A stretch of 63,432 nt of DNA, the filler included, from Octopus bimaculoides (taxonomy: Eukaryota): assembly GCF_001194135.2 (NCBI RefSeq). It is 9 parts of 9 records of this genome, joined end to end, with 100 filler letters (N's around TTAATTAATTAA, not from the genome) between each part and the next. Parts side by side here need not be neighbours in the genome. Positions count along the whole stretch, not along the records: positions 1 to 10,406 come from NC_068990.1; positions 10,507 to 20,111 come from NC_068983.1; 7 more parts are not named here. One strand, given 5' to 3'. Every line of letters begins with the position of its first letter. Positions within the stretch are counted from its first letter, which is position 1. Position numbers and translations under genes: made by a program. Positions 1 to 11,082 of this stretch are shown piece by piece. The notes below the pieces were generated by a model that searched no databases, was not told the origin of the DNA, and worked only from the letters and a program-made list of their open reading frames with translations.

Positions 1-512
1 TATATATATATATATATATATATTTGCGAAGGATAGGGACAGAAAGGTCCTAGCTTTGGGTAAAAGAAAATGCCGGAGGGTCAGCTAATTGTGATTTTAT
101 TTTGACAGATACCCCTCCTCTCAGATTCACACTCTTATTGCAACTGTCCTTCAGTTGTTCTAAGCCTTGTAGAAGAACTCGGAAAGTTGGGCCCCCAGCC
201 AGGAATTTCGTGATACTTTGAAAACCAGGAACTTTTCAGTACCCCCTCATATATATATGTATGTGTGTGTGTGTGTGTGTCCATGCAGACATACAGGCAG
301 AATCACATATAAGAGTAAGCTACGAGAACGTAACTAAATATTGATACCTTGGATAAGTACCAGGCAATAAATAATTTGAAGGCAATCTAGAATTGGCTAA
401 ATCCACCTCAATAGTTGAGTGGTACTTTATTTTATCAAATCCTAGTAGGATAAAAGTCGAATTTGACTTCGTCGGGATTTGAACTCAGAAATTAAAGTGC
501 TGCAGTTATATA

Positions 513-732
513 TTGTTTTCAAATTTGGGCACAAGGCCAGCAATTTCGGGGTGGGGATAAGTCGATTATATCGACTCCAGTGCTCAACTAGTACTTATTT
601 TATCGACCCCGACCTCGAAAGGACGAAAGGCAAAGTTGACCTTGGTGGAATTTGAACTCAGAGTGTAAAGACGGACGTAATGCCGCTAAGCATTTCGTCC
701 GACAGCTAATGATTCTACCAGCTCGCCATCTT
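513..732 (-). mobile_element. tRNA-derived SINE, family A (octopus OR/OK-type)
   Basis: Reverse complement reads ..gcgagctggtagaatcattagc..aaatgcttagcggc..tctgagttcaaattccaccaaggtcaactttgcc.., with A/B-box-like motifs. The same sequence recurs more than 8 times in the window; a partial copy lies at about 405-495. Confidence 0.85.
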
Positions 733-1009
733 AACCGCAGTTATATATTAGTACAAGAAATATAGCAAGTTTTATAGACAATGAATATCAGGTAAAGTAT
801 TGTTAAATCGAATCGAAATTTAAATGAAATATGAAGTGTGGAATTCGGTAACATCTATAACGATGTTGACCATTCGGAGAGATTTGACTGCCGCAATATT
901 GTATTTTAGTGTATTTAAAGATATTCAGCTTTGAATTTAATCAACACAACCTAACTGTAATTGCAATGGTGATCCTTTCCTAGATTTCAATAAATATACT
1001 TCATTAGTA

Positions 1010-1255
1010 GTATTGTACGTTCTGAGTTCGAATCCCACCTGTCTGGATAAGGCTACAGGAAACAATTCTAGTATTCATCCCAAATCTAGTCATGGTAGCT
1101 GAAATTCCGGTAATCTACTTAACGGTGGAAGGGAAGGTTACGCCCCACCCCAGTGAGGGAAAAGGTTCACATGCACAAGACCTACCCAAGAGTAGACCAC
1201 TATTAGACTAGACTAGACTAGACTAGACTAGACTAGACTAGACTAGACTAGACTG
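1010..1255 (+). mobile_element. SINE-like element with a (GACTA)n tail
   Basis: B-box-like ttctgagttcgaatccc at about 1020-1036, a unique body, then a pure (GACTA)n pentanucleotide run at about 1205-1253. Confidence 0.5.
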
Positions 1256-1294
1256 GTATTGTACACTACAGGCACTTGACAAATTAAGAATAAT

Positions 1295-2035
1295 TTGGAA
1301 GTCTACGTCGCCTGGCCTGATAAAAAGACCACACTATTTCTTCAGAGCCTACTTCTTCAGTGCCACACTAAAATTAGTCCTTCTTTACGGGTCATCAGCG
1401 TTGACTCTGACAAAAAAGATAGACAGCAAGCTTTCTATCGTATGTTGCTTGTTGTGCTCAACAAATTATGGAAACGATATCCAACGAAAGAAGAGCTTCA
1501 TAGAAATATCCCCGACATATCATCGATCACATGTTTAGGTCATCTCTACAGATTTTCGATAGTAATTATAGCCAGCACTGATTTTGTTACGATGTTTCGT
1601 AAACAAACAATGAAATCGAAGATGAAAAAACGGGTAATGGGCGTATATGCCATATTTCGGGAGTTTTTGTTCCTTCATCAGCACCCATCTAAGCCATTAA
1701 TCATCCAAGAACTCATTGCTTAAATAGCTACAACATATAGCGGTGTAACGTTATTGGATATCCCAAGTCTACATATTAAACACATTCCTGGAAACTGGGC
1801 AAGATATGCTGATCACTGCTATCAAAGCAATGATAAATTAGTGAGTGAACTGTGGATCCCGAATTCCATGGAAATTCTCATATCAGACGACCCGAATGAC
1901 ATACATTGACCAATTCTCAAGTGATGTAGAGTAACAAATAGAAGACTTCAAAAATATCATAGAAGACAGGAACGCTTGGACAGAAAGAATGGTTTCATTC
2001 CGGGCGACTCAACCGAAACGGAAAAAAAGAGAAAA
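1295..2035 (+). mobile_element. Degenerate RTE-clade LINE 3' end, interrupted
   Basis: FYRMLLVVLNKLWKRYPTKEELHRNIPDISS, later RYADHCYQSNDKLVSELW and IEDFKNIIEDRNAWTERMVSFRATQPK, match the RTE C-terminal pattern (YTRMLR..LN.SW..HPT..ELYG.LP / R.AGHC / EDR..W). About 230 bp of unrelated sequence lies between the parts. Confidence 0.7.
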
Positions 2036-2089
2036 AAAGGGAAAATAATTGGCTTTGTATAATTACATGTCACTCAGAACGACAGACCC

Positions 2090-2169
<80 letters not shown>

Positions 2170-2587
2170 TGATTGATTGATTGCTCAGTCGATAATTATA
2201 TACGTAGATATACCAGGAGATTGATCAATCAGTCTAACGATCAATAGATTGATTACAAATTGTTAGTGAGATTGATAAAAAAAATAGATCGATAAGGAAA
2301 AGGTAGATTGATCAAAAGATACGTAGACAGGGTGATCGATCGACAAACGAACAAAACAATATATATATATTTGCCAACTAAATGTGGTGGTCCTATAGAG
2401 CTACGATATTACTGTTGAGCGTCCAATAATACTATCCATATCACGTCCTCACTTTGTTGTTTTTTTGTTTTTTTGTTATTGTTTTTTTGANNNNNNNNNN
2501 NNNNNNNNNNNNNNNNNNNNNNNNNNNNNNNNNNNNNNNNNNNNNNNNNNNNNNNNNNNNNNNNNNNNNNNNNNNNNNNNNNNNNNN

Positions 2588-2623
<36 letters not shown>

Positions 2624-2830
2624 TGTCTATGTATCTCTGTGTGTGTGTGCATGTGTGTGTGTGTGTGTGATTCAGTATGTGTGTATATGCGTGTGTATGC
2701 ATGAATGTGAGTATGTACGTATATATATATATATATATATTTAATATAAGGGTCAGAAAAAGTATAACATCGCCTGTGGGATTCGAACACCGTGTCTACT
2801 GTAAACTGTTCTAACACTCACACACATAGG

Positions 2831-2864
<34 letters not shown>

Positions 2865-3046
2865 TACATATATGCATATATGCATGTGTATTCATACAAA
2901 AACATATATGCATATATATATATATCGTAAAATATATTTGCCAGCTAAACGTGGTGGTCCTATAGAGCTACGATATTACTGTTGTTTTTATCCCCAGGAA
3001 GCCATCTGCTCCAGCTGGTCAACGAAAGTCTGTGTCTGATCGGAGT

Positions 3047-3248
3047 GAGGGTGCCTCAAAAGTCGCGCACCATTCTGGTTTACTTTAAAGATACTTGACA
3101 ATTTATTTTATTTTATTTTTTCTAATTTATCTTGTTTTATTCAATTTCTATCAATTGTTATGATTAATTTCAATAAGGTGTTTTTGAAATCAATAAAGGT
3201 GTATGTTTTTCAAAAACCAGGATGGTGCGCGATTTCTGAGACACCTTG
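3047..3248. mobile_element. Tc1/mariner-superfamily MITE
   Basis: Terminal inverted repeats: left gagggtgcctcaaaagtcgcgcaccattctggttt; right end reverse-complemented caaggtgtctcagaaatcgcgcaccatcctggttt, followed by TA. AT-rich non-coding interior. Confidence 0.75.
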
Positions 3249-3451
3249 TATATATATNNNNNNNNNNNNNNNNNNNNNNNNNNNNNNNNNNNNNNNNNNN
3301 NNNNNNNNNNNNNNNNNNNNNNNNNNNNNNNNNNNNNNNNNNNNNNNNNNNNNNNNNNNNNNNNNNNNNNNNNNNNNNNNNNNNNNNNNNNNNNNNNNNN
3401 NNNNNNNNNNNNNNNNNNNNNNNNNNNNNNNNNNNNNNNNNNNNNNNNNNN

Positions 3452-3485
<34 letters not shown>

Positions 3486-3699
3486 GAAAGGAAAGCAATT
3501 TGAGGTGGAGAATGAAATAAATTAACGTTCTTCGTTTGAATCGTTCTCGAGAGCATTCCTGTCAGTAGTGATATGAAGTGTATCCACGCATATACTTCTA
3601 TAGATGCATGCATATATGTATGCATGTACGGCAGGCTGTTATGTGGCAAAATAAAACTTTCAGTAATGATGAAGGACCATCTCGAAAGGGTTCACTCTG

Positions 3700-3707
<8 letters not shown>

Positions 3708-3783
<76 letters not shown>

Positions 3784-3790
3784 ATAATTT
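3708..3790. repeat. Compound microsatellite (AAT)n(AGT)n
   Basis: Direct reading; abuts the inverted R4 segment. Confidence 0.95.
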
Positions 3791-4522
3791 TTAGTTCGTT
3801 ACACAATTTTCAGTTATGCTGATGCCGGCCTTCTTTATGTGTTTCAACAGTGGCCCCACGGCATTTTTTATATACCACCCTAGGCTGTTTTCCTCTGCTT
3901 CGTTACAGTCGTGGTAGCTGATCAAGATCAAGCCTCTCCAACCTTGTCTTCTGGACAAGTACAGCCTGTCGGTGTCACTCTTAGGGTGGAAGGCTCCGTG
4001 TACTGCCAACATTTTTCTGGTCTTGGTATCTATTTCCTTCCTTTCTATTTTTTGCTATTTTATAATTCCTGCTCCATACCGAAGTGATGCTATCGCCCAC
4101 GTATTAACTGCTCGGATTTTATTCTATCCAGTGAATTTTGAGCGCAACACCAACCTCCGTCTTCGGAAATATTCCATCCTCAGTTGCTCTTTCATTTCCT
4201 TTTCTATTATTTCGTTGAACTCTAGTACATCAAGTTATTTATATCCTCCCGTTTCAATTTGTTAAATCAGGTCTCTGTTCGGCAATTCTATCCTTACTAG
4301 GGACTGTACCTTGCCTCTTTTTATGTAGGTTATTCCGCAATTCTTGAGTCTTATATATTTTCGTTGATATATATAGGGAACTTAGTTGTATCTCATTTTG
4401 CCATACTGTTTCAAATCATCCATGAAGTGGAGATTGTTGGTTGTTTGGGATTTTCCCCTTAGTTGGTAACCTGGGTTCATTTTCCGGGATTGTCCCTTTA
4501 GTTGGTACCCCAGGTTCATTTT
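3791..4522 (-). mobile_element. R4/Dong-clade LINE, inverted RT segment
   Basis: The minus strand encodes NNLHFMDDLKQYGK (RT catalytic YxDD region), GYK.LDVLEFNEI, NKIRAVNTWAIASLRYGAGII and MLAVHGAFHPKSDTDRLYLSRRQGWRGL, with stops and frameshifts. Confidence 0.88.
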
Positions 4523-5345
4523 ACTGTCAGTTTGCAAGAGATGTGAACGCCAAGACAGATACAGAGGACCGGTGGCAATGGATGAGGAGGAGTGACCTGA
4601 AGACAGAGACAGAAGCACTCATATGCGGAGCTCAGGAACAAGCGTTAAGGACCAACTATATGAAGTACCGAATAGACAACACTACCGATAGCGACAAATG
4701 CAGAATGTGTGGCGAGAGGGGTGAAACGGTATAGCACTTCGTTAGTGAATGCCCGAATTTGGCACAACGGGAATACAAAAGACGCCATGACAATGTGGCA
4801 AGAATGATCCATTGGGAACTCTGTGGAAATCACGGCCTGCAAAGAGCAAAGACGTGGTATGAGCAAACTCCAGAAGGAGTCACCGAAAATGGGAATTGCA
4901 AAATCCTGTGGGATGCAACGATCCAGTGCGATCACCCGACAAGGCATCGGAAAAAAGACGGTGAATAATAAAGAAAGAACATGTATGATAATCGACATAG
5001 CATGCCCCGGTCACAACAGGATCAATGTGAAAGAAGAAGAAAAAATAAACAACTACGATGATTTGAAGTTGGAAATACGAAGGTTGAGATCAATGAAGAG
5101 AGTAGATGTGATACCAATAGTAATTGGTGCACTTGGAAGTATCGGCACTCAACTACCAACATGGCTGAAAGAGATCGGTGCAAGTGTGAAGGTAGAACAC
5201 CTACAAGAATCAGCATTGCTTGGAACTGTAAGAATTCTTCGCAGGGTTCCTGAAGCATGACCAGTAAGCAAGTGTCACTTTAGTCTGCTGGCTGTGGACA
5301 GCTGACACTTTCCATCATACCCAGGAAAATAAGCTGTGAATTTTC
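4523..5345 (+). mobile_element. R4/Dong-clade LINE 3' segment: CCHC knuckle, restriction-like endonuclease and 3' UTR
   Basis: CQFARDV..LKTETEALICGAQEQALRTNY..CRMCGERGETV*HFVSECPNLAQREYKRRHDNVARMIHWELC..KILWD..CMIIDIACP..KEEEKINNYDDL..VIPIVIGALG..ESALLGTVRILRRV*; ends in an (ATA)n tail. Confidence 0.92.
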
Positions 5346-5364
5346 ATATAATAATAATATTTTA

Positions 5365-5668
5365 TAGGATTAAGGTAACTCTTCCAGTAGGTATACAGAA
5401 GCAAAAAAAAAAAAAAAACAGAAGAGTGCCATTGTTATCAAGTGAACGATATTTCAGCATCTAGTGTACCTTCCATAGATTAAAAAAATAAACTTGTCAA
5501 TCTACTTAATTTTTGGTAATATTTTATAGGATTGAGGTAACTTCTCTAGTAGGTATACAGAAGTACACTAGATGCCGAAATATCGTTCACTCGATAACAA
5601 TAGCACTCTTCTTTATTATATTTTTTTCTTTTGTTTCCGTATATCTACTGGAGGAGTTACCTCAATCC
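5365..5668. mobile_element. Foldback/MITE-like element with about 105-bp inverted arms
   Basis: 5365-5469 (aggattaaggtaactcttccagtaggtatacag..gaagagtgccattgttatcaagtgaacgatatttcagcatctagtgtac) is the reverse complement of 5563-5668 with several mismatches. Confidence 0.7.
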
Positions 5669-7728
5669 TGCTGGAATTTGAGAAAGGGGGAGAAACTTCA
5701 AATAGTGACCCAGAAATATTACATAAATCATTTAGGAAAATTAAAGTCAGACTTTAAATAACGAATCAAGGACCTGGAGAAAATGCATGTGCTTGACTAG
5801 ACTGTTATGCCCTTTGACATGAAAATAGAAAACGCTGGCATTGAGCCAAAGTTATAAAATGGGTTCATTGATATGTGTATAGATCTTGAAACTAAATCCT
5901 TATTTAGAAACAGATATGAGTGATCATTGGAGTAATATAAATACCAAAGATAAATCGACCGAGCTTAGCGCAGCAGCTGACACATTTTTACTTCTATTCC
6001 CGAGGGCATACTTTGTTGAAGTGGGTTTGTTGTAATGTAGATTCACTTTCAACATGCTGTTAAAAAGAAATTTGTAGAATGAACCTGGAAGAGAAACAGA
6101 ATGCATCTGGAAGGGTTCAGTGATTTAAGGTTAAAACTCACTAATTTCCAGTCAAATATCGATGCAATAACTAGTATTCGCCAAACACATATTTCATATT
6201 AAATATTCCGACTATAACAATATAACGGAATTTTTATCGCTCCTCATCAATTTCGTCAAGTATGTAAGGACAGAATAATTTGTTTTGGTGTATAAATCGA
6301 TGGAAAAACCCAGAATCTTTGTGAAGCTCTAAATTCAAAATATTTGTTATCGTTAACAAAATAATATTTACACCAAGTGAAGCAGTTCTGGAAGTCGTCT
6401 GTGATATGTAGCAGTATTGCTAGCAGTCATCGTTGTGGGTCGTAGACTCTTGCATATAGCTGGCTTACGCTGTATTACGGCCACTGTGTCATCGTGTCGT
6501 TGAAGTTGAGTGGCATAGATTCGTACAGCCATTGGTCTTGGCTGGGCTGTGACCACTGTCGTGTAGCCAATGTTGAGTAGTGTACATTCATGCAACCGTT
6601 GATCTTGATTGGGCTGCGATCACAGGTCAGTTACCAGACAAACGATCTATACATACCTGACGGTCTGTCATAGAAAAGGTGCCAAAGACAAAATTGTTAA
6701 TGATGTTCGCATATGTTGTTTACAGCACTGGGATTCTAATGAATTAAGCATTAGTTGATCAGCCCAGCTATTAATGTTTCAACCGGAGATTTAAATGGTC
6801 AGTTGTTTGCTGACGTCATCAAACTGTGACAGAATCTGGTTTGTGTTGGTTAGTTACTTTTACGTCTGAACACAGTGACTTGGGTTCGATTCCTAGGCTA
6901 TTAGTTGGTGTTTGGTACTCTGCTGAATATTTGTGCTATAAATATCTTCATTGAATTTTTCCAAATATTTTTTATCAAAAAGCGACCATGACAAAAGAAT
7001 GAAGGAATTACTGTTTGTAAATCAACAATTTTTTTTTGTCAATTATACTTTTTGAATTTAATTTTAGGAATTTACACAATGGGGTGGTCAATAAGTTATC
7101 AACGATTCCATGTAGCGGTCAAAGTTTTAAGTTTGTTAACACTTGGTTTGGACGAAGCTTAAAATAAAAAAAACCTCTTTGCAGTAGTATATGTTTGCTC
7201 GGATATCCCGCAGACAATGTTACAACTTCTTTTCCTTCGTACATATGTACACGCACTCGGACATGTGTATAAATGTATGTATGTATATATATGTATGTGN
7301 NNNNNNNNNNNNNNNNNNNNNNNNNNNNNNNNNNNNNNNNNNNNNNNNNNNNNNNNNNNNNNNNNNNNNNNNNNNNNNNNNNNNNNNNNNATATATATAT
7401 ATATATATATACAAATACATATACGCACACATATATGTATATACATTTACTTATGTATACATAAACACATACCCACACGCACACGCATCCACATATTTGT
7501 GTATGTGTATGTGTGCAGTCGTGTACATTTCTTCTATCAAAATATTTTACACACACACGCACACTCACACACACGCATACACGCACACACTCACAACGAC
7601 ACATACACACGCACTCATACACATACACTCACACTAATCACAAACAGACATAACATGGCGGCGGCATTATATGCACGAGAGGAAAGGGCAGTGCTTCTGC
7701 AGAGAGCGTGTATGAAGAGCTGACTTAC

Positions 7729-7791
7729 CGTTTCCCGAGTTCCTAAATATTTACAGAGTTCGTTCAGGGAATAGTTGACCTTCAGAGAAAT
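7729..7791 (-). other. Candidate 63-nt internal exon of an unidentified gene
   Basis: Minus strand tattttcag|ATT...ACG|gtaagt; 63 nt, open in phase 0 (ISLKVNYSLNELCKYLGTRET). No homolog recognised. Confidence 0.3.
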
Positions 7792-7981
7792 CTGAAAATA
7801 GTGTTAATTTTTGCATAAATACAGAATGTTACCCCCATCTACATTACATAATATATTTTTGTTGACTGTACATTATTAGTTATATTTCATAAACCGGCTT
7901 ATCTCTTCAACGTTTTCTGAACACCCGCTCTCACGCACACACACACACACGCAAACTCAGTCTGTCTCTCGTAAACACACA

Positions 7982-8023
<42 letters not shown>

Positions 8024-8393
8024 CTCTCTCTCTCTCTCTATCTCTCACAGACTCTCTTCCTTAAACACCTACACACACACACACACAAATTCTTTCTTTC
8101 TCTCTCAAGAACACACACACACACACTTCCTCTATCACACGCACGTTCGTGCGCGCACACACACACACACTCACACTCACACATAAATTCTCTATCGCTC
8201 GTACTCACAACTCACACATTCTCTCTTTAACTCTTAAACACACACTCACACACATACACACATAGACTCTCGTACACATATACACACATACACAAGTACA
8301 CTCTTACACACGCAATGTTTATGTTATCAGCCTCACTCTCTCTCTCGCGCGCGTCATCTCACTCACTCACTCTATCTCTATCTCTCTCACTCA

Positions 8394-8453
<60 letters not shown>

Positions 8454-9285
8454 NNNNNNNNNNNNNNNNNNNNNNNNNNNNNNNNNNNNNNNNNNNNNNN
8501 NNNNNNNNNNNNNNNNNNNNNNNNNNNNNNNNNNNNNNNNNNNNNNNNNNNNNNNNNNNNNNNNNNNNNNNNNNNNNNNNNNNNNNNNNNNNNNNNNNNN
8601 NNNNNNNNNNNNNNNNNNNNNNNNNNNNNNNNNNNNNNNNNNNNNNNNNNNNNNNNNNNNNNNNNNNNNNNNNNNNNNNNNNNNNNNNNNNNNNNNNNNN
8701 NNNNNNNNNNNNNNNNNNNNNNNNNNNNNNNNNNNNNNNNNNNNNNNNNNNNNNNNNNNNNNNNNNNNNNNNNNNNNNNNNNNNNNNNNNNNNNNNNNNN
8801 NNNNNNNNNNNNNNNNNNNNNNNNNNNNNNNNNNNNNNNNNNNNNNNNNNNNNNNNNNNNNNNNNNNNNNNNNNNNNNNNNNNNNNNNNNNNNNNNNNNN
8901 NNNNNNNNNNNNNNNNNNNNNNNNNNNNNNNNNNNNNNNNNNNNNNNNNNNNNNNNNNNNNNNNNNNNNNNNNNNNNNNNNNNNNNNNNNNNNNNNNNNN
9001 NNNNNNNNNNNNNNNNNNNNNNNNNNNNNNNNNNNNNNNNNNNNNNNNNNNNNNNNNNNNNNNNNNNNNNNNNNNNNNNNNNNNNNNNNNNNNNNNNNNN
9101 NNNNNNNNNNNNNNNNNNNNNNNNNNNNNNNNNNNNNNNNNNNNNNNNNNNNNNNNNNNNNNNNNNNNNNNNNNNNNNNNNNNNNNNNNNNNNNNNNNNN
9201 NNNNNNNNNNNNNNNNNNNNNNNNNNNNNNNNNNNNNNNNNNNNNNNNNNNNNNNNNNNNNNNNNNNNNNNNNNNNNNNNNTCTG

Positions 9286-10387
9286 ATGAGGGGGGAATCA
9301 CATCCTAGAAAGTTCCGAGGAGGCCTGGGAATTACTTCATGGAGAGTTCACAGTAGTAAGGTGGCGAATTACTTCCTGGAAATTTCCAAGGAAGGGGGAG
9401 AAGTGGGAAGAATTACTTCCTGGAATGTTTCGACGGGGAGGAATTACTTCCTGGAAAGTTCTGAGGAGGGGCGTCCATCATGCTGCTGCGGAATTAGGAT
9501 GCTCCAATAATGTGTAATGGCACGCACTTAATAATCAAAATTTATACTCCCGAGTTCTAGAGGCAACCATCCTTACTGGACCGGCTGCTGGTCAAGATGT
9601 TCTTATAACTCCAATGTCCCTCCTTCACTCCGATACAATCTAAACGTTTAAGCGGCTTCAGTTTCCTGTCAAACTCTCCTTTGCAATGGCAATAAATAAG
9701 GCACAGAGTCAATCATTGCAAATGGTTGGTTTAAATCTCACAGAGCAAGTGTTCTCCCACGGTCGACATCACGTTGGATGCTCCTGTGTTGGCAAGTTTA
9801 TACATTTGTGCATCAGATGGGAAAACGAGAAACGTTGCCTACAAAGGAGCGCTCCACTGAAAAGAAGGCATTACTTCACTTCTTCCAAATCACTCCAGTC
9901 ATCTGCCGCCTCAAAAGCTTCGTACTTGCTGTGCCAGCCAACGTAAGTCAATGACACACAACTTCAGCCATTCACTCTATCTCTCTTTCTCACCCTCTTT
10001 CATATACACACACACACGCACGTCCATTTCATATATCTTTCAATTTCTGCTCTCTGCAAATAAAATTTTTACAGATACAACTGCTTACAAAAATTGGGAT
10101 TAATGTATAATTTCTTTCTATGTTCATAATTAAATATTTTAATGATTATACAGACGTCCAATAGAATAGCTCTCAGAAACAGACTCCGTACAAATTCTTT
10201 CTTCACAACTCCTGAAACCATTTTCTGACAGAGGGTTGATGAAATCTTCAAACAGCTAGAGGCTCCAATCAAAACAGGGGACCCAAAATGAAAAGGTTGA
10301 GAAACGTTGTTATAGATTATGCCTAACCAGAAACGATCACAGCCACATCATCTAAACAGGCCGGGTGAAACCGGGTTCAGCTGCTAG
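9286..10387 (+). mobile_element. Helitron 3' fragment (Pif1-like helicase C-terminus, terminal hairpin, CTAG)
   Basis: CNGTHLII..RVLEATILTGPAAGQDVLI..FKRLQFPVKLSFAMAINKAQSQSLQMVGLNLTEQVFSHG..GKTRNVAYKGALH* (about 9500-9861). Terminus gccgggtgaaaccgggttcagctgCTAG|t at about 10360-10387. The 5' end is lost in the N-gap. Confidence 0.9.
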
Positions 10388-10506
10388 TATATATATATAT
10401 ATATATNNNNNNNNNNNNNNNNNNNNNNNNNNNNNNNNNNNNNNNNNNNNTTAATTAATTAANNNNNNNNNNNNNNNNNNNNNNNNNNNNNNNNNNNNNN
10501 NNNNNN

Positions 10507-10765
10507 GTATATATGTATATATATATATTTGTATGTGTGTTTGTGTGTCTGTGTTTGTCCCCCCCATCATTGCTTGACAACCGATACTGGTGTGTTTACG
10601 TCCCCGTAACTTAGCGGTTCGACAAAAAGAGACCGATAGAATAAGTACTAGGCTTCCAAAGAATAAGTCCTGGGGTCGATTTGCTCGACTAAAAGGTGGT
10701 GCTCCAGCATGGCCACAGTCAAATGACTGAAACAAGTAAAAGAGTAAAAGAGTAAAAGAGTAATT
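10507..10765 (+). mobile_element. SINE family B 3' half (microsatellite-containing octopus SINE)
   Basis: gtttgtcccc..cttgacaaccgatactggtgtgtttacgtccccgtaacttagcggttcg..gctccagcatggccacagtcaaatgactgaaacaagtaaaagagtaaaagag; recurs at about 23420, 28596, 46270 and 55934. Confidence 0.85.
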
Positions 10766-11082
10766 ATCGATGACCTTTTCCATAGTCATTTGATCTGCAA
10801 GAAATGGCAGCCAAATCTCTCTTATATAATACTATATATAGTCTCTTAAATCAACAAAATATACGGTAAACGTGATTAGAACGCCTTTGAGCATAGCTCT
10901 GTTGGATCAGGGCAAACATCGGGTTAACTAACAGCCACAGCATCAGTCATTCGTGACCGAAGGGGGTCTTTATCCTTTATATGCCAAATAACTTACACAC
11001 ATATCAATTAAGAGCTGAATTGCATTTGAGAATTTTTGCAAGGTAAAATTTCCCCACGCGCTGTTGACATTAAAGATGAACA

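Noticed and set aside
10451-10462. TTAATTAATTAA flanked by N-runs, recurring at about 10451, 20156, 26254, 40523, 44502, 53829, 57001 and 59845
   Set aside because: An identical 12-mer always embedded between Ns, with stop codons in all frames. This is a contig-joining linker of the assembly, not a biological repeat or CRISPR-like array.
10996-11059. Possible 64-nt minus-strand exon (AWGNFTLQKFSNAIQLLIDMC)
   Set aside because: Weak exonic donor context, wedged between SINEs, and no recognisable homology.
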